NCBI GenBank assembly: GCA_050246755.1
Contig: JBFWVL010000001.1
Span: 1,280,001-1,344,000 of the forward strand
Source: Bacteriovoracia bacterium
Lineage (GTDB): Bacteria > Bdellovibrionota > UBA1018 > CAIPTA01
Length of the DNA: 64,000 nt
Direction: 5' to 3'
Shown here piece after piece: positions 1 through 10,407 of the stretch. The notes below the pieces were generated by a model that saw only the letters and a list, made by a program, of their open reading frames with translations, had not been told where the DNA came from and did not search any database. The position numbers and the translations under genes were made by a program. Each line of letters opens with the position of its first letter. The first letter of the stretch is position 1.

Positions 1-636
1 CTGAAAAAGCTGCGCATAGACCCCTGGAGATAAGCCCCTTACCCCATTGGCGATCTGGAACAGCACTCCGTCCGAAACGGGCACCTTAATCACAAGCCAT
101 TTTAAATCCGGCAGATCGCGCACGATGCGCTGAATGGAGCCTAGTGCTTGCTCCGCGGGAAAATGCTCTAGCACATCCAGGAGACTCACCACCCGGGGAG
201 CGAAGGGCAAGCTTTCCCAGTCGGGCCAAAATTTTTCCCCCTTCTTGCTTTCCGCCATCACGAACCCGCGTTCAGTAAGCCATTTTTTCGAGAGCGCCGA
301 AGTCTCGAAACCACCCAGAGTCTTTAATCCATGGGAACGGGCCTCTTCCAGAAAGGGACCGCGTCCACATCCAAAATCAAGCCATCCATCGGCCTCGTCG
401 AGCAAAGGAACCAGATGGTTGAGAATGTCACGCGCCTGGCGTTTTCGCGTTTTTAGCAATGACGCCACGAATTTTTCATTCGTAGGCGTGTGCTCATAAT
501 AATCGGAGGAGAGCGGAAGCTCGGAATGCTCCGCCCCGCGATGCCCACAATGTGAACAAAGCCATACCGAAAAAACGGAAGATTGATATTCCCATTCGGT
601 AGGCGAAGCGCAAACGGTGCAGGAGCGAGATTGCAT
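1..636 (-). CDS. Class I SAM-dependent methyltransferase with N-terminal Zn-ribbon (runs off the window edge; 3' part missing)
   Basis: Not in ORF track. Manual translation from ATG at 636: MQSRSCTVCAS...WLCSHCGH...WLDFGCGRGPFL...LLDVLEHF; SAM motif DFGCGxG and DVLEH. Confidence 0.85.
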   Translation of the reverse strand, partial: MQSRSCTVCASPTEWEYQSSVFSVWLCSHCGHRGAEHSELPLSSDYYEHTPTNEKFVASLLKTRKRQARDILNHLVPLLDEADGWLDFGCGRGPFLEEARSHGLKTLGGFETSALSKKWLTERGFVMAESKKGEKFWPDWESLPFAPRVVSLLDVLEHFPAEQALGSIQRIVRDLPDLKWLVIKVPVSDGVLFQIANGVRGLSPGVYAQLFQ

Positions 637-701
637 GGCAAATCACGCTAATACAGCTCTGGAGAAACAGCAACGCTTCGGGTACCCTGGAAGCACCCAA
701 G

Positions 702-1679
702 ATGAAGATTGCCGTTGTCATTCCATCCTTCCGCGTGCGCAAACAAATACTCACCGTGCTTTCGGCTATCGGCCCGGAAGTAAGCCGTATTTTTGTGGTG
801 GACGATAAATGCCCGGAGAACAGCGGTAGTTTTGTGCGCGAAAACTGCCGCGATCCGCGCGTGCAGGTAATTTTCCAGAAAGAAAATAGTGGAGTGGGGG
901 GAGCCACCCTTCGCGGCTTCTTAGAAGCCGGCGCTCAGGGATACCAAGTGGCCGTGAAACTCGACGGCGACGGGCAGATGGATCCGAAGCTGATTCCTCT
1001 GTTGGTACGCCCCATTCTCGAAGGGAAGGCCGACTACACGAAGGGGAATCGCTTCCATTCGCCACGTAATCTTAAGGGCATGCCCACCACCCGCCTCCTG
1101 GGTAACGCGGGGCTGAGCTTTTTTGCTAAAATGGCCACGGGCTACTGGAACGTGATGGACCCCACCAACGGCTTTCTCGCGCTTCACACTTCCCTGCTGC
1201 CTCACCTAGATGCCGAAAAAATAGCGCAACGGTATTTTTTCGAGAACGATCTGCTTTTTCGGCTGGGCCTTTGCCGCGCGGTGGTCACGGATATGCCAAT
1301 GCGGGCTCATTATGGAGAAGAGAAAAGCAATCTCAGCGTAGTAAATTCGCTCATTACTTTTCCGTTTCGCCTATTGCTGCGCTTCTTAAAGCGGATGATC
1401 TACCGTTATTTCCTGAGGGATTTTAATATCGGTTCCGTGCTCATTTTAATGGGCGGATTTCTTTTTGCCTCTGGAAGCATATTCGGCGCCTACCACTGGA
1501 TCCTCAGCGCCGTCACCGGGCAGGTGGCCTCGAGTGGAGCGGTAATGATTTCCGCCCTACCGATTCTTTTAGGCTTCCAAATGCTTGGCTTCGCTCTTCT
1601 TTTCGACGTCTGGATGACGCCGCGGGAACCCGTGCATCCTTATTTTGCGGCCGAAGCGCAGGCCGAAACATCTCCGTAA
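702..1679 (+). CDS. GT2 family glycosyltransferase (polyprenol-phosphate glycosyltransferase-like) with C-terminal TM helices
   Basis: IAVVIPSF, VVDDKCPE, KLDGDGQMDP, DPTNGF motifs; two C-terminal hydrophobic segments. Confidence 0.9.
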   Translation: MKIAVVIPSFRVRKQILTVLSAIGPEVSRIFVVDDKCPENSGSFVRENCRDPRVQVIFQKENSGVGGATLRGFLEAGAQGYQVAVKLDGDGQMDPKLIPLLVRPILEGKADYTKGNRFHSPRNLKGMPTTRLLGNAGLSFFAKMATGYWNVMDPTNGFLALHTSLLPHLDAEKIAQRYFFENDLLFRLGLCRAVVTDMPMRAHYGEEKSNLSVVNSLITFPFRLLLRFLKRMIYRYFLRDFNIGSVLILMGGFLFASGSIFGAYHWILSAVTGQVASSGAVMISALPILLGFQMLGFALLFDVWMTPREPVHPYFAAEAQAETSP

Positions 1680-3574
1680 GCCAATCTTTCCAGCTTACCT
1701 AAATCATATACATTGGAAGAAATACCCCGAAACAAAAGCGCCGAGGATAGGTCTTTGCCGGGAAACCTGAGGGCTAAGCCAATATTGGTGCGGGCATCGA
1801 GCAGGTAGGTTCCGCGGCTCGAAGAGCAGAGACCACGCATAAATTTCGCGAAGTCTTTTTCCCCGTAGGTAACGAAGTCAATATCAGGTCTTTCCGTCAA
1901 AACCGTAACGCGCAGGCCAGAAAGATAATAGGTTTCGTTATCAGCCATCAAAACGATTAGCTCACCCTTGCCTGCATTGTCCCTCAGCCAGGCTTTCGAA
2001 TCGCCCGCCGTATGCGTGAGCAGATAAGGGATGCCGGGCGGGATCCGTATCGCCTTCACCAAAAGATGGAAGGGCAGGTGCGAGCAGGCCAGTATCGCTA
2101 TCACCAAAATCGTGACCCCCACTTTCTCTGCACGGTACTCAGAAAGAAAATTCAATCCCTCGCAGAAAAGTAAGGTTCCCAGGGCCGCCATCAGCGGAAG
2201 ATTTGCCCCGAGATAACGAATCTCGATATTTCCGCTGAACGAAAAAGAAAAAATCAGGAACGTAAAAAAAGCGATCGCTAAGTACATCGCGTGGTTCCGG
2301 AGAAAATCTCTGCTTTGGGGGCGGAAGAAAAGAAAAGGCAGCAGTAACCATCCGGCCATCATGGGGCTTTCCCGGAGAAGCGACCCTACGCGCTCCCCCA
2401 GCACACCAAATTGCAGGAGATTTTCGTTCGGATGTACGGTGGCGAAATTGTCTGCCCACGATTGACTTACCCAGGGGCTGGGAAAGCGATTCTGGAACAT
2501 CGGAAAAAATGGATTTTTCGTTAAATAGAAATTCCGTAGGAAAAATGCCGAGGCGGTTAGCAAGCTGACCATCGCGGATAGATACAGGCCCAATGCTTTG
2601 GCCAGGTATCCCCCGCGTGCCACGAAAAACAGGAAAGATATCGCAAAGGCGGGGGCCAGAAAAATGGCGGCGTTCAGCTTAGCGGCAATCGCCAAACCGA
2701 AGAAAATTCCGGCGAATACGTAGTTTTTCCAGTCCGATTCTTCTCGGTGGTCGAAAGCCCGCACCCAAAAAAGAAATGCGCCCAGCGCCCAGAAAGCCAC
2801 GCCGCAGTCATTCTTGGAAAGCCCGCCGGTCCATTGCAGGCTGGTGACGAATAAAAGAGAAAGGAAAACGAGAAATCTATCCCGGGCCCTGCCCCCGCGC
2901 GGAAAAAATAACGCGTCCGCCACCAAAGGAATGCCAATCCAACCCCAGAGAAGGTGAATCCATTGCGAAAATATCTGCGCGGCCACCAGGCCGTGGATCT
3001 CGCCACTGCGGGCGAAGAGCAGTTGCGGCCAAAGATAAAAATATTCCCAGGCAGAAGCCAATAATGCGTTGGGGAGCTGGGGATGCATGCGCACTGATCC
3101 AAGATCCACCCACAACCGCGGCCCCAACAGATGATAGATAAAGGGGTCGCCATGGGCGATCGGGAGAAAGGCGTTGAAAAAACGGAGGGCGATAACTACC
3201 CCGAGAATGGCGGAAATCCAACTGGATTTGGGCCAGGGAATTTCTTTACGGCCAAGAAATATTCCGATGGTAAGCAGGGCGAATCCAAACCATCTTCCCA
3301 TTTCCCCCAGAAATCCTAGGTGACCAAAAAAATAAGCCGACGCCACGGCGAGGAGGCTAGAGAAAAGCGCGGTATCGGCGAGGCCATTTCTGCCCATGCG
3401 CAGGGCAAAATAACGGCCCCACCCCCCAAAACCGAGCACGAAGCCGGCGAAGACGAAAAGCAGAGGAATAAAACCGAACCATGAATCTACCAGCTGCGTG
3501 ACGCGCGAAATGCTTAGCGCCGCCGCCAAGAGGGCAACGAGAGACAGCTTCTGCAGGAGGCGGGAGATGAACAT
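1640..3574 (-). CDS. Polytopic membrane protein, probable GT-C fold glycosyltransferase
   Basis: Many TM segments; GDPFIYHL loop, KND motif, RNFYLTKNPFFP and RYL motifs typical of GT-C-like proteins. Confidence 0.6.
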   Translation of the reverse strand: MFISRLLQKLSLVALLAAALSISRVTQLVDSWFGFIPLLFVFAGFVLGFGGWGRYFALRMGRNGLADTALFSSLLAVASAYFFGHLGFLGEMGRWFGFALLTIGIFLGRKEIPWPKSSWISAILGVVIALRFFNAFLPIAHGDPFIYHLLGPRLWVDLGSVRMHPQLPNALLASAWEYFYLWPQLLFARSGEIHGLVAAQIFSQWIHLLWGWIGIPLVADALFFPRGGRARDRFLVFLSLLFVTSLQWTGGLSKNDCGVAFWALGAFLFWVRAFDHREESDWKNYVFAGIFFGLAIAAKLNAAIFLAPAFAISFLFFVARGGYLAKALGLYLSAMVSLLTASAFFLRNFYLTKNPFFPMFQNRFPSPWVSQSWADNFATVHPNENLLQFGVLGERVGSLLRESPMMAGWLLLPFLFFRPQSRDFLRNHAMYLAIAFFTFLIFSFSFSGNIEIRYLGANLPLMAALGTLLFCEGLNFLSEYRAEKVGVTILVIAILACSHLPFHLLVKAIRIPPGIPYLLTHTAGDSKAWLRDNAGKGELIVLMADNETYYLSGLRVTVLTERPDIDFVTYGEKDFAKFMRGLCSSSRGTYLLDARTNIGLALRFPGKDLSSALLFRGISSNVYDLGKLERLAYGDVSACASAAK

Positions 3575-3660
3575 TTGTAGTTAAATAACCGTAATTCCGG
3601 TAATTTGAAAAGAAATTGCCCCGTAATCTGCGGTATTACAGGCCACAAGGATTAATTGAA

Positions 3661-5166
3661 ATGATTTCCCGTCCTGCACTTTTGCGCCAAATCATCTGGC
3701 TCTGGCTATTCTGCCTTTTGGCCCTGCGCTTCGTGTCTTTGTACGACACGGTTTTTATCGTGGATGAGCCTCTCTTCCAGCTGAAGCTGGATGAGCATAT
3801 CGCTCAGGGAACTTTTCCCCTTAGCAGTTTTCGTGGCAGCAGTATTCCTCTGCCCTACGGCGCGGGAGCGCTGTGGTTTTACGCGATACCCCGCTTGTTT
3901 TCCTGGAGTCCCTACGGCCTAATTTTCTTTCATATTTTGGCCGTTACGCTAGGTGCATTCTTATTTCTGAAAACCATTCATAAAAAATTTGGCGAGGAGC
4001 CCGCGCGCTGGTCGGGTTTGCTGATGGCGAGCTCACCGCTTCTTTTCTTCTTTTCCCGCCATCCCTGGGACAATACTCTTTTATTCTCCGTGGCGGCGGT
4101 CCTGCTTTGGTGCCTGGTGCAACTGGAAGAAGACGGGATGGAGTATCGATACCATGCCGTCATGGGATTGGCCGTGGGCTACGCACTAAATATTCACCTG
4201 ATGTTTGGGCCGGTAGCGCTCGCGCTCGGCCTGACTTTAATTTTCCGCGCCTGGAAAATGCATGGGCCGAGCGCGAAATCTTTCTGGCTTCCCCTGCTTC
4301 TGTTTGGGGGATGCGCCCTGCTCGTGCTGATTCCTTACCTTTGGGAAGCTTTTCGTATTATGCAGCTGGAGCATCCGCTCGAGCATACGAAGTACACTAA
4401 ACGGTGGGGGGACGGCCGCAACCTCTGGTGGCTACTGCAGAGGTCGGTGATTTTTTCCTCTATCTGGGGATCGCGCATTTACCTCGAAAACTTGCACCCA
4501 TACTTCCTGGCGTTCGTGGGACAGCCGTTTGCCTTTCTTTTTCGCAACGATCTTTTTGGCTGGTTCGCGAAAATTGCGGCCATCGCGGTGGCGGTTTCCT
4601 ATCCGGTACAATTCCTTCGTGGCCGCGCAAAATTCGATTCTCTGCGCCTTTTTGCTTCCCTCAGTCTCGCATCAATGATTTTAGTTCTCCATTATCTTAA
4701 TATACCGACTGCGCCTCACTACTTCCATTCGGTCTGGTGGCTGGTATTCTTGGGGGTGGCCGTTTCGCTCACCAAGCTAAATGGGATCGGCAAGAAATTT
4801 TTCGTAACCACCATCGTGCTCACGGCGCTGGTGAATACCGCCTTTATTCTCTCCAGCTTAGCTTTCTTCCATATCAATAAGGGGGGGAGAAATTTCCAAT
4901 TTTCAGTTTCTGTGGGCGAGCAGCTGCGCGCCATCCGGGAAATATGCGTGGAAGCAAACGCGAGGATTCCTAAAGAGGCGCGCGTGAACCTGGAGAAGGT
5001 GTGGGTCCTTGGGCCTTCGTTCACCTATATCGCGGCCCATATGCCGGAATGCCGGGGCGTCACGTTCTCCGCTCACCGGGAGCTCACCAATCCTAATTTC
5101 GTGCTCACTCATCCCGGCGATTCGGACACTAAGGCCGATATCGTCATAAACTGGATCTCTCCCTGA
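3661..5166 (+). CDS. ArnT/PMT-like (GT-C) glycosyltransferase
   Basis: DE motif in first loop (FIVDEP), multiple TM helices; ATG at 3661 preferred over TTG at 3616. Confidence 0.65.
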   Translation: MISRPALLRQIIWLWLFCLLALRFVSLYDTVFIVDEPLFQLKLDEHIAQGTFPLSSFRGSSIPLPYGAGALWFYAIPRLFSWSPYGLIFFHILAVTLGAFLFLKTIHKKFGEEPARWSGLLMASSPLLFFFSRHPWDNTLLFSVAAVLLWCLVQLEEDGMEYRYHAVMGLAVGYALNIHLMFGPVALALGLTLIFRAWKMHGPSAKSFWLPLLLFGGCALLVLIPYLWEAFRIMQLEHPLEHTKYTKRWGDGRNLWWLLQRSVIFSSIWGSRIYLENLHPYFLAFVGQPFAFLFRNDLFGWFAKIAAIAVAVSYPVQFLRGRAKFDSLRLFASLSLASMILVLHYLNIPTAPHYFHSVWWLVFLGVAVSLTKLNGIGKKFFVTTIVLTALVNTAFILSSLAFFHINKGGRNFQFSVSVGEQLRAIREICVEANARIPKEARVNLEKVWVLGPSFTYIAAHMPECRGVTFSAHRELTNPNFVLTHPGDSDTKADIVINWISP

Positions 5167-6173
5167 TGCCGTTCGCCATTGAAACCAAAGGCCTCACGCG
5201 CGCCTATGAAACCTACGAAAAGCCCGAGGGTGTATGGAACTCCATTCGTGGTTTCTGGAACCGAAAATACATTCAGCGCGTGGCGCTTCAGCCAACCGAA
5301 CTGAAAATCGAGCCAGGACAGATCATCGGGCTTGTGGGGGCCAACGGCGCCGGCAAAACTACTTTGCTGAAACTTCTTTCCGGACTGATCTATCCCACCG
5401 GAGGGCAGGCCCTCGTGCTGGGGCATGAGCCGTGGAAGCGCGAATCGGCCTACCTGCGCCGCATCAGCATCTTGCTCGGCCAAAAAAATCAGCTATGGTG
5501 GGATATTCCGGCATCCGATAGCTTCCGTCTTCTGGCCCAAATTTACGATTTGCCAATCGAAGGAATCCGCAAGCGCGTGCTCGAGCTGGCCGAAATGCTC
5601 GACTGCCGTCACGTGCTCGATGTGCAGCTGCGCCGCCTTAGCCTCGGCGAAAGAATGAAAATGGAGATCATCGGCAGCCTCTTGCACGAACCCGAGGTTC
5701 TTTTTCTCGATGAACCCACGATCGGGCTCGACGTAGTGGCCCAAAGTTCCATCCGGAAATTTCTTGCCGAATATGTACGCGATAAAGGTCCGACCGTTAT
5801 CCTGACCAGTCACTACATGGACGATATCGCGCGCCTGGCTGATCGGCTGCTCCTGATTTCCAAGGGCAGCATCGTCTATGACGGTACCGTGCCGGAATTC
5901 ATGGGTAAGTCGGAGCAAGTACAAAAAATCTCGCTCCGCTACGCCGAGCCGCTTGCCGCGGGGTTTTTGCTGAATTCCGAGCACAATCTCTTGGCCGGAG
6001 AACAGGAATTTAATTTGCAGCTTTCGAGCAAAGAATTGCCGGATGCCGTGCGGCGCCTCACCCAATTTGCCACCGTTCAATCCCTAAAAATCGAGGAGCC
6101 GGACTTTGAAGAAGTTATCCGGAAATTTTTGGAGACGGAATCTCGCGTTCTTCCGTCTCGCGGTAATCTCTAA
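5166..6173 (+). CDS. ABC transporter ATP-binding protein
   Basis: Walker A GANGAGKTT, LSLGERM signature, FLDEPTIGLD, TSHYM. Confidence 0.95.
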   Translation: MPFAIETKGLTRAYETYEKPEGVWNSIRGFWNRKYIQRVALQPTELKIEPGQIIGLVGANGAGKTTLLKLLSGLIYPTGGQALVLGHEPWKRESAYLRRISILLGQKNQLWWDIPASDSFRLLAQIYDLPIEGIRKRVLELAEMLDCRHVLDVQLRRLSLGERMKMEIIGSLLHEPEVLFLDEPTIGLDVVAQSSIRKFLAEYVRDKGPTVILTSHYMDDIARLADRLLLISKGSIVYDGTVPEFMGKSEQVQKISLRYAEPLAAGFLLNSEHNLLAGEQEFNLQLSSKELPDAVRRLTQFATVQSLKIEEPDFEEVIRKFLETESRVLPSRGNL

Positions 6174-6924
6174 TCTAGAGTACCGGCTAAATTTTTTCAC
6201 CGACGTGGTTCTGCACCCCGTGGTGACGGCCCTTATCGAGGTCACGCTGTGGCTCGCCGTATTTCGTACCATGGGTACCGAAAACCTCGCCGGATTCGGC
6301 CGCGATAGCTATCTGGCCTACGCGATTTGGGGCGCCTTTGTGTCGCGCATCACCGTCACCTGGATGTACGAGTTCAGGATGGTGGAAGAAATCGAGCTTG
6401 GCACGCTGAATAACCTCCTCGTGCGTCCACTTTCCTTTTTCGAATACTATCTCAGCCAATTTCTGGGCTACAAAATGATCAGTTCGGTATTCTCTTTGCT
6501 GATTCCGGTAATCGCCGTGCTCGCCTTCAAGCTTCCCGGAGACCTTCGCCGCCTACCTCTCACCCTTGTTTTTCTCGCCTTCTACTTAGTGCTCGTGCAC
6601 ACCATCAGCTTCTGCGTGGCTTGCTGCGCCTTCCGCCTCAATAAAGCCAATTCCCTCACGGCGGCAAAAAATTTGGGCCTGTGGCTTTTTTCGGGAGAGC
6701 TTTTTCCCATAGACATGGTGCCCGAGCCTTGGAAGGGGATCATGCTCTCTCTTCCTTTTAGCAACGGAGTATACGTGCCCGTAGCTTACCTAACGGGCAG
6801 GGCAGACGAAGCACTTCTCCTACACGGCTTCACCACCACATTTTTCGGATTGGTCTTCTTCGGCGCGCTCGGAGCTTACCTGTGGCGCTCCGGACTCAAA
6901 ATATATACGGGTACCGGCGCATGA
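6106..6924 (+). CDS. ABC-2 family permease (DUF990-like)
   Basis: EYRLNF...GTLNNLLVRP...FSGELFP motifs; follows ABC ATPase. Confidence 0.85.
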   Translation: MKKLSGNFWRRNLAFFRLAVISNLEYRLNFFTDVVLHPVVTALIEVTLWLAVFRTMGTENLAGFGRDSYLAYAIWGAFVSRITVTWMYEFRMVEEIELGTLNNLLVRPLSFFEYYLSQFLGYKMISSVFSLLIPVIAVLAFKLPGDLRRLPLTLVFLAFYLVLVHTISFCVACCAFRLNKANSLTAAKNLGLWLFSGELFPIDMVPEPWKGIMLSLPFSNGVYVPVAYLTGRADEALLLHGFTTTFFGLVFFGALGAYLWRSGLKIYTGTGA

Positions 6925-7703
6925 AATACCTCCGCCTCTATGCCGCCTTCTTTCGCGCCAGCCTAACGGCCGATATGGAATTCCGCGCGAATTTCGCGAT
7001 CAAGCTTACTACCGAATTTTTTTGGTATATCGCCCAAATCACGAGCTTCGCCGTGATCTTTCGTCATACTGATTCAATTGGTGGCTGGAGCTGGCCGGAA
7101 ATGCGGGTATTTCTTGGCATTCTTTTTCTCGTAGATTCGCTGTACATGGTTACGGTTGCCGCCAGCCTGGATACATTTTCCGACGTGGTTCGTAAGGGCA
7201 GCCTAGATCTTTTGCTCGCCAAACCGGTGAATTCCCAGTTTATGCTCAGCCTGCAACGCGCCTCCACCGCGAACTTGATCACCATTCTAGTAACTCTGGG
7301 CTGGCTCTCTTGGTCAATTTGGCAAATCGAGAATTTCGAGCCGTGGCGCCTAGTGTGGCTAGCGGTGGCGGTTCCTAGCGGGGCGATAATTTTCTACAGC
7401 CTCCGCTTTATGTTCGCCGCCACAGCCGTAATTTTCACCCGGGTGGAGAGCCTCAACTACCTTTGGTATAATTTTTATCGTCTCGGCCTGCGCCCCGACA
7501 CCATCTACGTGCCATGGCTAAAATATATTCTTCTCACCGCCATTCCCGTGGGACTCATCGCCAGCGTGCCCGCACGCCTGGTTTTAGGAATGGCCGGTAG
7601 CTGGATGGCAATCTGGTTGGTCGCGGTTGCCGCATTTTTTCTCTATGTATCCCACCGCTTCTGGCAAGCCACCTTACGTCACTATACCTCGGCTAGCAGT
7701 TGA
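6921..7703 (+). CDS. ABC-2 family permease (DUF990-like)
   Basis: EFRANF...GSLDLLLAKPVN...HYTSASS; ATGA overlap with the previous gene gives start 6921. Confidence 0.85.
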   Translation: MKYLRLYAAFFRASLTADMEFRANFAIKLTTEFFWYIAQITSFAVIFRHTDSIGGWSWPEMRVFLGILFLVDSLYMVTVAASLDTFSDVVRKGSLDLLLAKPVNSQFMLSLQRASTANLITILVTLGWLSWSIWQIENFEPWRLVWLAVAVPSGAIIFYSLRFMFAATAVIFTRVESLNYLWYNFYRLGLRPDTIYVPWLKYILLTAIPVGLIASVPARLVLGMAGSWMAIWLVAVAAFFLYVSHRFWQATLRHYTSASS

Positions 7704-7728
7704 GCGGTTGAGGTGGTAGAACCGCTCT

Positions 7729-10353
7729 ATGAAAAATCTGCTTATTTTCGTTTCTTTTTTTCTTTTCGCCTGCGCCGCGCAAACTAAAGACACACGTAAA
7801 ATTGCGGAAAGCAGTGCGGAAGAACAATCCAACCTTAGCCAAATAGAGGCGGCGCAGAGAGCGAAGCGCGTAACCCAGGTTCGCTACGACTTAGCGGTGC
7901 AACTAGACAGTGCGCCCACTTATCGCGGGCAGGAAACAATTTTTTTTAACCTTACCGACGCTGCCGATGACCTTCGCCTGGATTTTTTTCAGGGAGAAAT
8001 TCACTCGCTTCTGGTAAACGGAAAAGAAGTTTCGGTAACGCGAACGCCCACTTTCCTGATTTTAAAAAAAGAATGGCTTAAAGCCGGCACCAATACCGTG
8101 AAGCTTTCCTTCGCCACCGCGATGCAGACGAATGGCACCGGCCTGCATCGCTTCGAAGATCCGCTGGATAAATCGGTCTACCTCTATACGCAGTTTGAAG
8201 CTTTTTACGCGCATAAGTTCATGCCTTGTTTTGATCAGCCCGACCTCAAAGCGGTTCTGCGGCTAGACGTGACGGCACCGAAGAATTGGTCCGTGATCAG
8301 CACTACGCGCGAAACCTCGGTGGAAGCGAAGGGCGATCTGCGCATTTGGCATTTCCCGGCCACGGCTCCGCTTTCCACCTACCTTTATTCTCTTCACGCG
8401 GGCCCCTTCCAGGTTTGGGAGGACCGCTACGAAAATATTCCGTTGCGGCTCTTTGCGCGTCCCAGTATGGCGAAATTCGTGCAGCCCGAATTCTGGTTTC
8501 GGGCCACCAAACAAGGATTGGCCTTCTACAATAAATTCTTTGGGTACGCGTACCCATTCAAGAAATATGATCAGTTATTAGTGCCCGAGTTCAACGCGGG
8601 GGCCATGGAGAACGTGGGCGCCGTAACTTTTGCCGAGCGCTTCCTAAAACGCGGGCGCATGAGCCGCGAAGATCAGATGAACGTGGTGAGCGTACTGCTT
8701 CACGAAATGGCCCATATGTGGTTCGGCGATCTCGTGACCATGCGCTGGTGGAATGGGCTCTGGCTAAACGAATCATTCGCCACGTATATGTCGGCACTAG
8801 CAATGGACCAAGCCACCCCGTATAAGGAGTCCTGGACGGACTTTTTCTCCGACACCAAGCAGTGGGCGTATCACCAAGACCAGCTTTCTACCACGCATCC
8901 CATCGACGGAAACGTTCCGGATACGAACGCTGCCTTTTCGGCTTTTGACGGCATCACGTACGGTAAGGGGGCTGCGGTACTGAAACAAATGAGCCGCTGG
9001 CTTTCTCCCGCGGTATTTCAAAAAGGTGTCCAGTACTACATGAGCCGTCTTGCATTTCAGAATTCCGAGCTGAAAGACTTCATCGGTTCTCTGCAAAAAT
9101 TTTCCCCCCGCAATCTCACCAGCTGGGCCGACGTCTGGCTGCAGCAAGCGGGGGTAGACACGATTCACGTAAAGTTCACTTGCCAGAATAAAAAGCTCGA
9201 ACAAGTGTCTCTCTCCAGCACCTCCTCTTTACCGGCCAAGTTCCGCCCGCAGAGCCTGGTTCTTGGATTCTACCGCGTGAAAGAAGGCAAGCTGTCCCTC
9301 ACTTCCACCAAGCTGGTAGAGCTGGAAAAACCAGCGCAGAATTTTTCTTTTTCCGGCGCTTGCCCGGACCTCGTTTACCCAAATTACGGAGACCATGGCT
9401 ACCTAAAAGTTAGCCTAGACCCTTCCGCCGTTCCCGCGCTGTCGCATACTATCGGCACTATGCCCGACGTGCTTTCCCGCCTAATGCTCTGGGCGGATCT
9501 CTGGCAGATGGTGCGAGACCAAGAAATTTCTCTCTTGGACTATGCAGAAATTGCCGCTGCTCAGATCGCCACCGAAAGCAATGAAGAAGTGCTCAAGCTT
9601 ATCGATCGTTCCATCGGCGGCGTAGTTGGGTACTGGCCAACGAACAACCCGGCGGCGTCCCTCGAGCGGGATGCCTTCATTGAAAAACTGGAAAATATCT
9701 ACTTGGAAAGAATGGCCAAATCTCCCGCGGGCAAAGATTTACAATATTTTTGGTGGGACCGTTTCGTGGCCCTTTCCCGCTCCGCCGACGGCCTGAAGCG
9801 AAACGCCGATGCGCTAGCCGGCAAAGATCTACCTGCGGGCCTTACCCTTGACCAAGACCGCCGCTGGGCCGTGATTCGCCGTCTTTGCCGTTTCGCCTCC
9901 ACGGACTGTTTTGCAATGATTACCCGGGAATCCGAACGCGATAAATCCGATCGCGGCCAAAGAGCGGCGTTGAGCGCTAAAGCTATTTTTCCCGAGCTAA
10001 ACTCCAAAATTGCTCTTCTCGAAGAGGCTCTTCATTCTGATTCCCTTTCCCTGCAGAATAGAGAAGCCATTGCCTCGAATCTTTTTCCCCTGGAGCAAGC
10101 TGCATTTGCCGAAAGGCTGGAGAACGTCTTTTTTCGTTATTTCGCGGAAAATAAGCATAGCGGTGATTTCGAGATCTACGAAGCGATGACCAATACACTC
10201 TCTTCCCTTAACTGCGAGGAACGGCAATCTCGCAAGTTACTGGATTTTTTGGCCACTAACCAAGATTTACCGAGTCCTATCGCGCGCGGCTTTCGGGAAC
10301 AGCTGGACGAAGATACCCGGTGCCAAAAAATTCGTGCCCGAATAGGCCGGTAA
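7729..10353 (+). CDS. pepN: M1 family aminopeptidase N, probable lipoprotein
   Basis: GAMEN and HEMAHMWFG...LWLNES zinc motifs; N-terminal signal ending LFAC. Confidence 0.92.
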   Translation: MKNLLIFVSFFLFACAAQTKDTRKIAESSAEEQSNLSQIEAAQRAKRVTQVRYDLAVQLDSAPTYRGQETIFFNLTDAADDLRLDFFQGEIHSLLVNGKEVSVTRTPTFLILKKEWLKAGTNTVKLSFATAMQTNGTGLHRFEDPLDKSVYLYTQFEAFYAHKFMPCFDQPDLKAVLRLDVTAPKNWSVISTTRETSVEAKGDLRIWHFPATAPLSTYLYSLHAGPFQVWEDRYENIPLRLFARPSMAKFVQPEFWFRATKQGLAFYNKFFGYAYPFKKYDQLLVPEFNAGAMENVGAVTFAERFLKRGRMSREDQMNVVSVLLHEMAHMWFGDLVTMRWWNGLWLNESFATYMSALAMDQATPYKESWTDFFSDTKQWAYHQDQLSTTHPIDGNVPDTNAAFSAFDGITYGKGAAVLKQMSRWLSPAVFQKGVQYYMSRLAFQNSELKDFIGSLQKFSPRNLTSWADVWLQQAGVDTIHVKFTCQNKKLEQVSLSSTSSLPAKFRPQSLVLGFYRVKEGKLSLTSTKLVELEKPAQNFSFSGACPDLVYPNYGDHGYLKVSLDPSAVPALSHTIGTMPDVLSRLMLWADLWQMVRDQEISLLDYAEIAAAQIATESNEEVLKLIDRSIGGVVGYWPTNNPAASLERDAFIEKLENIYLERMAKSPAGKDLQYFWWDRFVALSRSADGLKRNADALAGKDLPAGLTLDQDRRWAVIRRLCRFASTDCFAMITRESERDKSDRGQRAALSAKAIFPELNSKIALLEEALHSDSLSLQNREAIASNLFPLEQAAFAERLENVFFRYFAENKHSGDFEIYEAMTNTLSSLNCEERQSRKLLDFLATNQDLPSPIARGFREQLDEDTRCQKIRARIGR

Positions 10354-10407
10354 ATGCGTCAATAATCACCTTTACTGCAGACCCGAAAATTCAGTAATAG
10401 ATATCCT

